Under the pieces are notes generated by a model. The model saw only the letters and a program-made list of their open reading frames with translations, was not told where the DNA came from and did no database searches. Below are positions 63,831 through 64,000 of a stretch of DNA of 64,000 bases, piece after piece. Source of the stretch: the human T2T-CHM13v2.0 reference genome, Homo sapiens; NCBI RefSeq assembly GCF_009914755.1, contig NC_060941.1; one strand, written 5' to 3'. The position numbers and the translations under genes were made by a program. Numbering within the stretch: position 1 is the stretch's first letter; each line of letters begins with the position of its first letter.

Positions 63831-64000
63831 TGTGTCAGTCAAGGTTCTCCAGAGAAACAGGGGCAGTAGATGTGTGCCTGCATGTGTGTATAAGTATGTA
63901 TGTATGTATGCATGCATGTCTTGTGATCTTGAGGCAGAAATTTCTTCTTTCTCAGGAAAACCTCAGTTTGGCTGTTAAGGCCTTCAACTCATTGGATGAG
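63831..64000. mobile_element. MLT2-like LTR start, runs off window
   Basis: tgtgtcagtcaaggttctccagagaaacag ... cctcagtttggctgttaaggccttcaactcattggatgag. Confidence 0.6.

Overview
Human genomic DNA, almost entirely intronic. The only supportable protein-coding sequence is one 103-nt exon at 59122-59224 (+), [34 protein letters not shown], which I recognise as RPTOR (Raptor) coding exon 2 (17q25.3). Bases 1-59121 are therefore the distal part of the long intron 1 and 59225-64000 the start of intron 2. The introns hold about 48 Alu elements/fragments (roughly 38 antisense, 10 sense by eye), old L1M fragments, ERVL/MaLR LTRs, hAT DNA-transposon relics and four minisatellites (45, 73, 65 and 70 bp units). 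The most distinctive structure is a nested retroposition locus at 34965-36404: an antisense RPL31 processed copy with an uninterrupted 125-codon ORF, and a 5'-truncated young SVA inserted into one of that copy's own target-site duplications. A human-specific AluYb8 with a perfect 18-bp TSD is also present. Nearly all ORF-track entries are Alu- or VNTR-derived artefacts. I found no convincing new multi-gene system. Repeat family names come from recalled consensus sequences, not a database search, and boundaries of old repeats are approximate.
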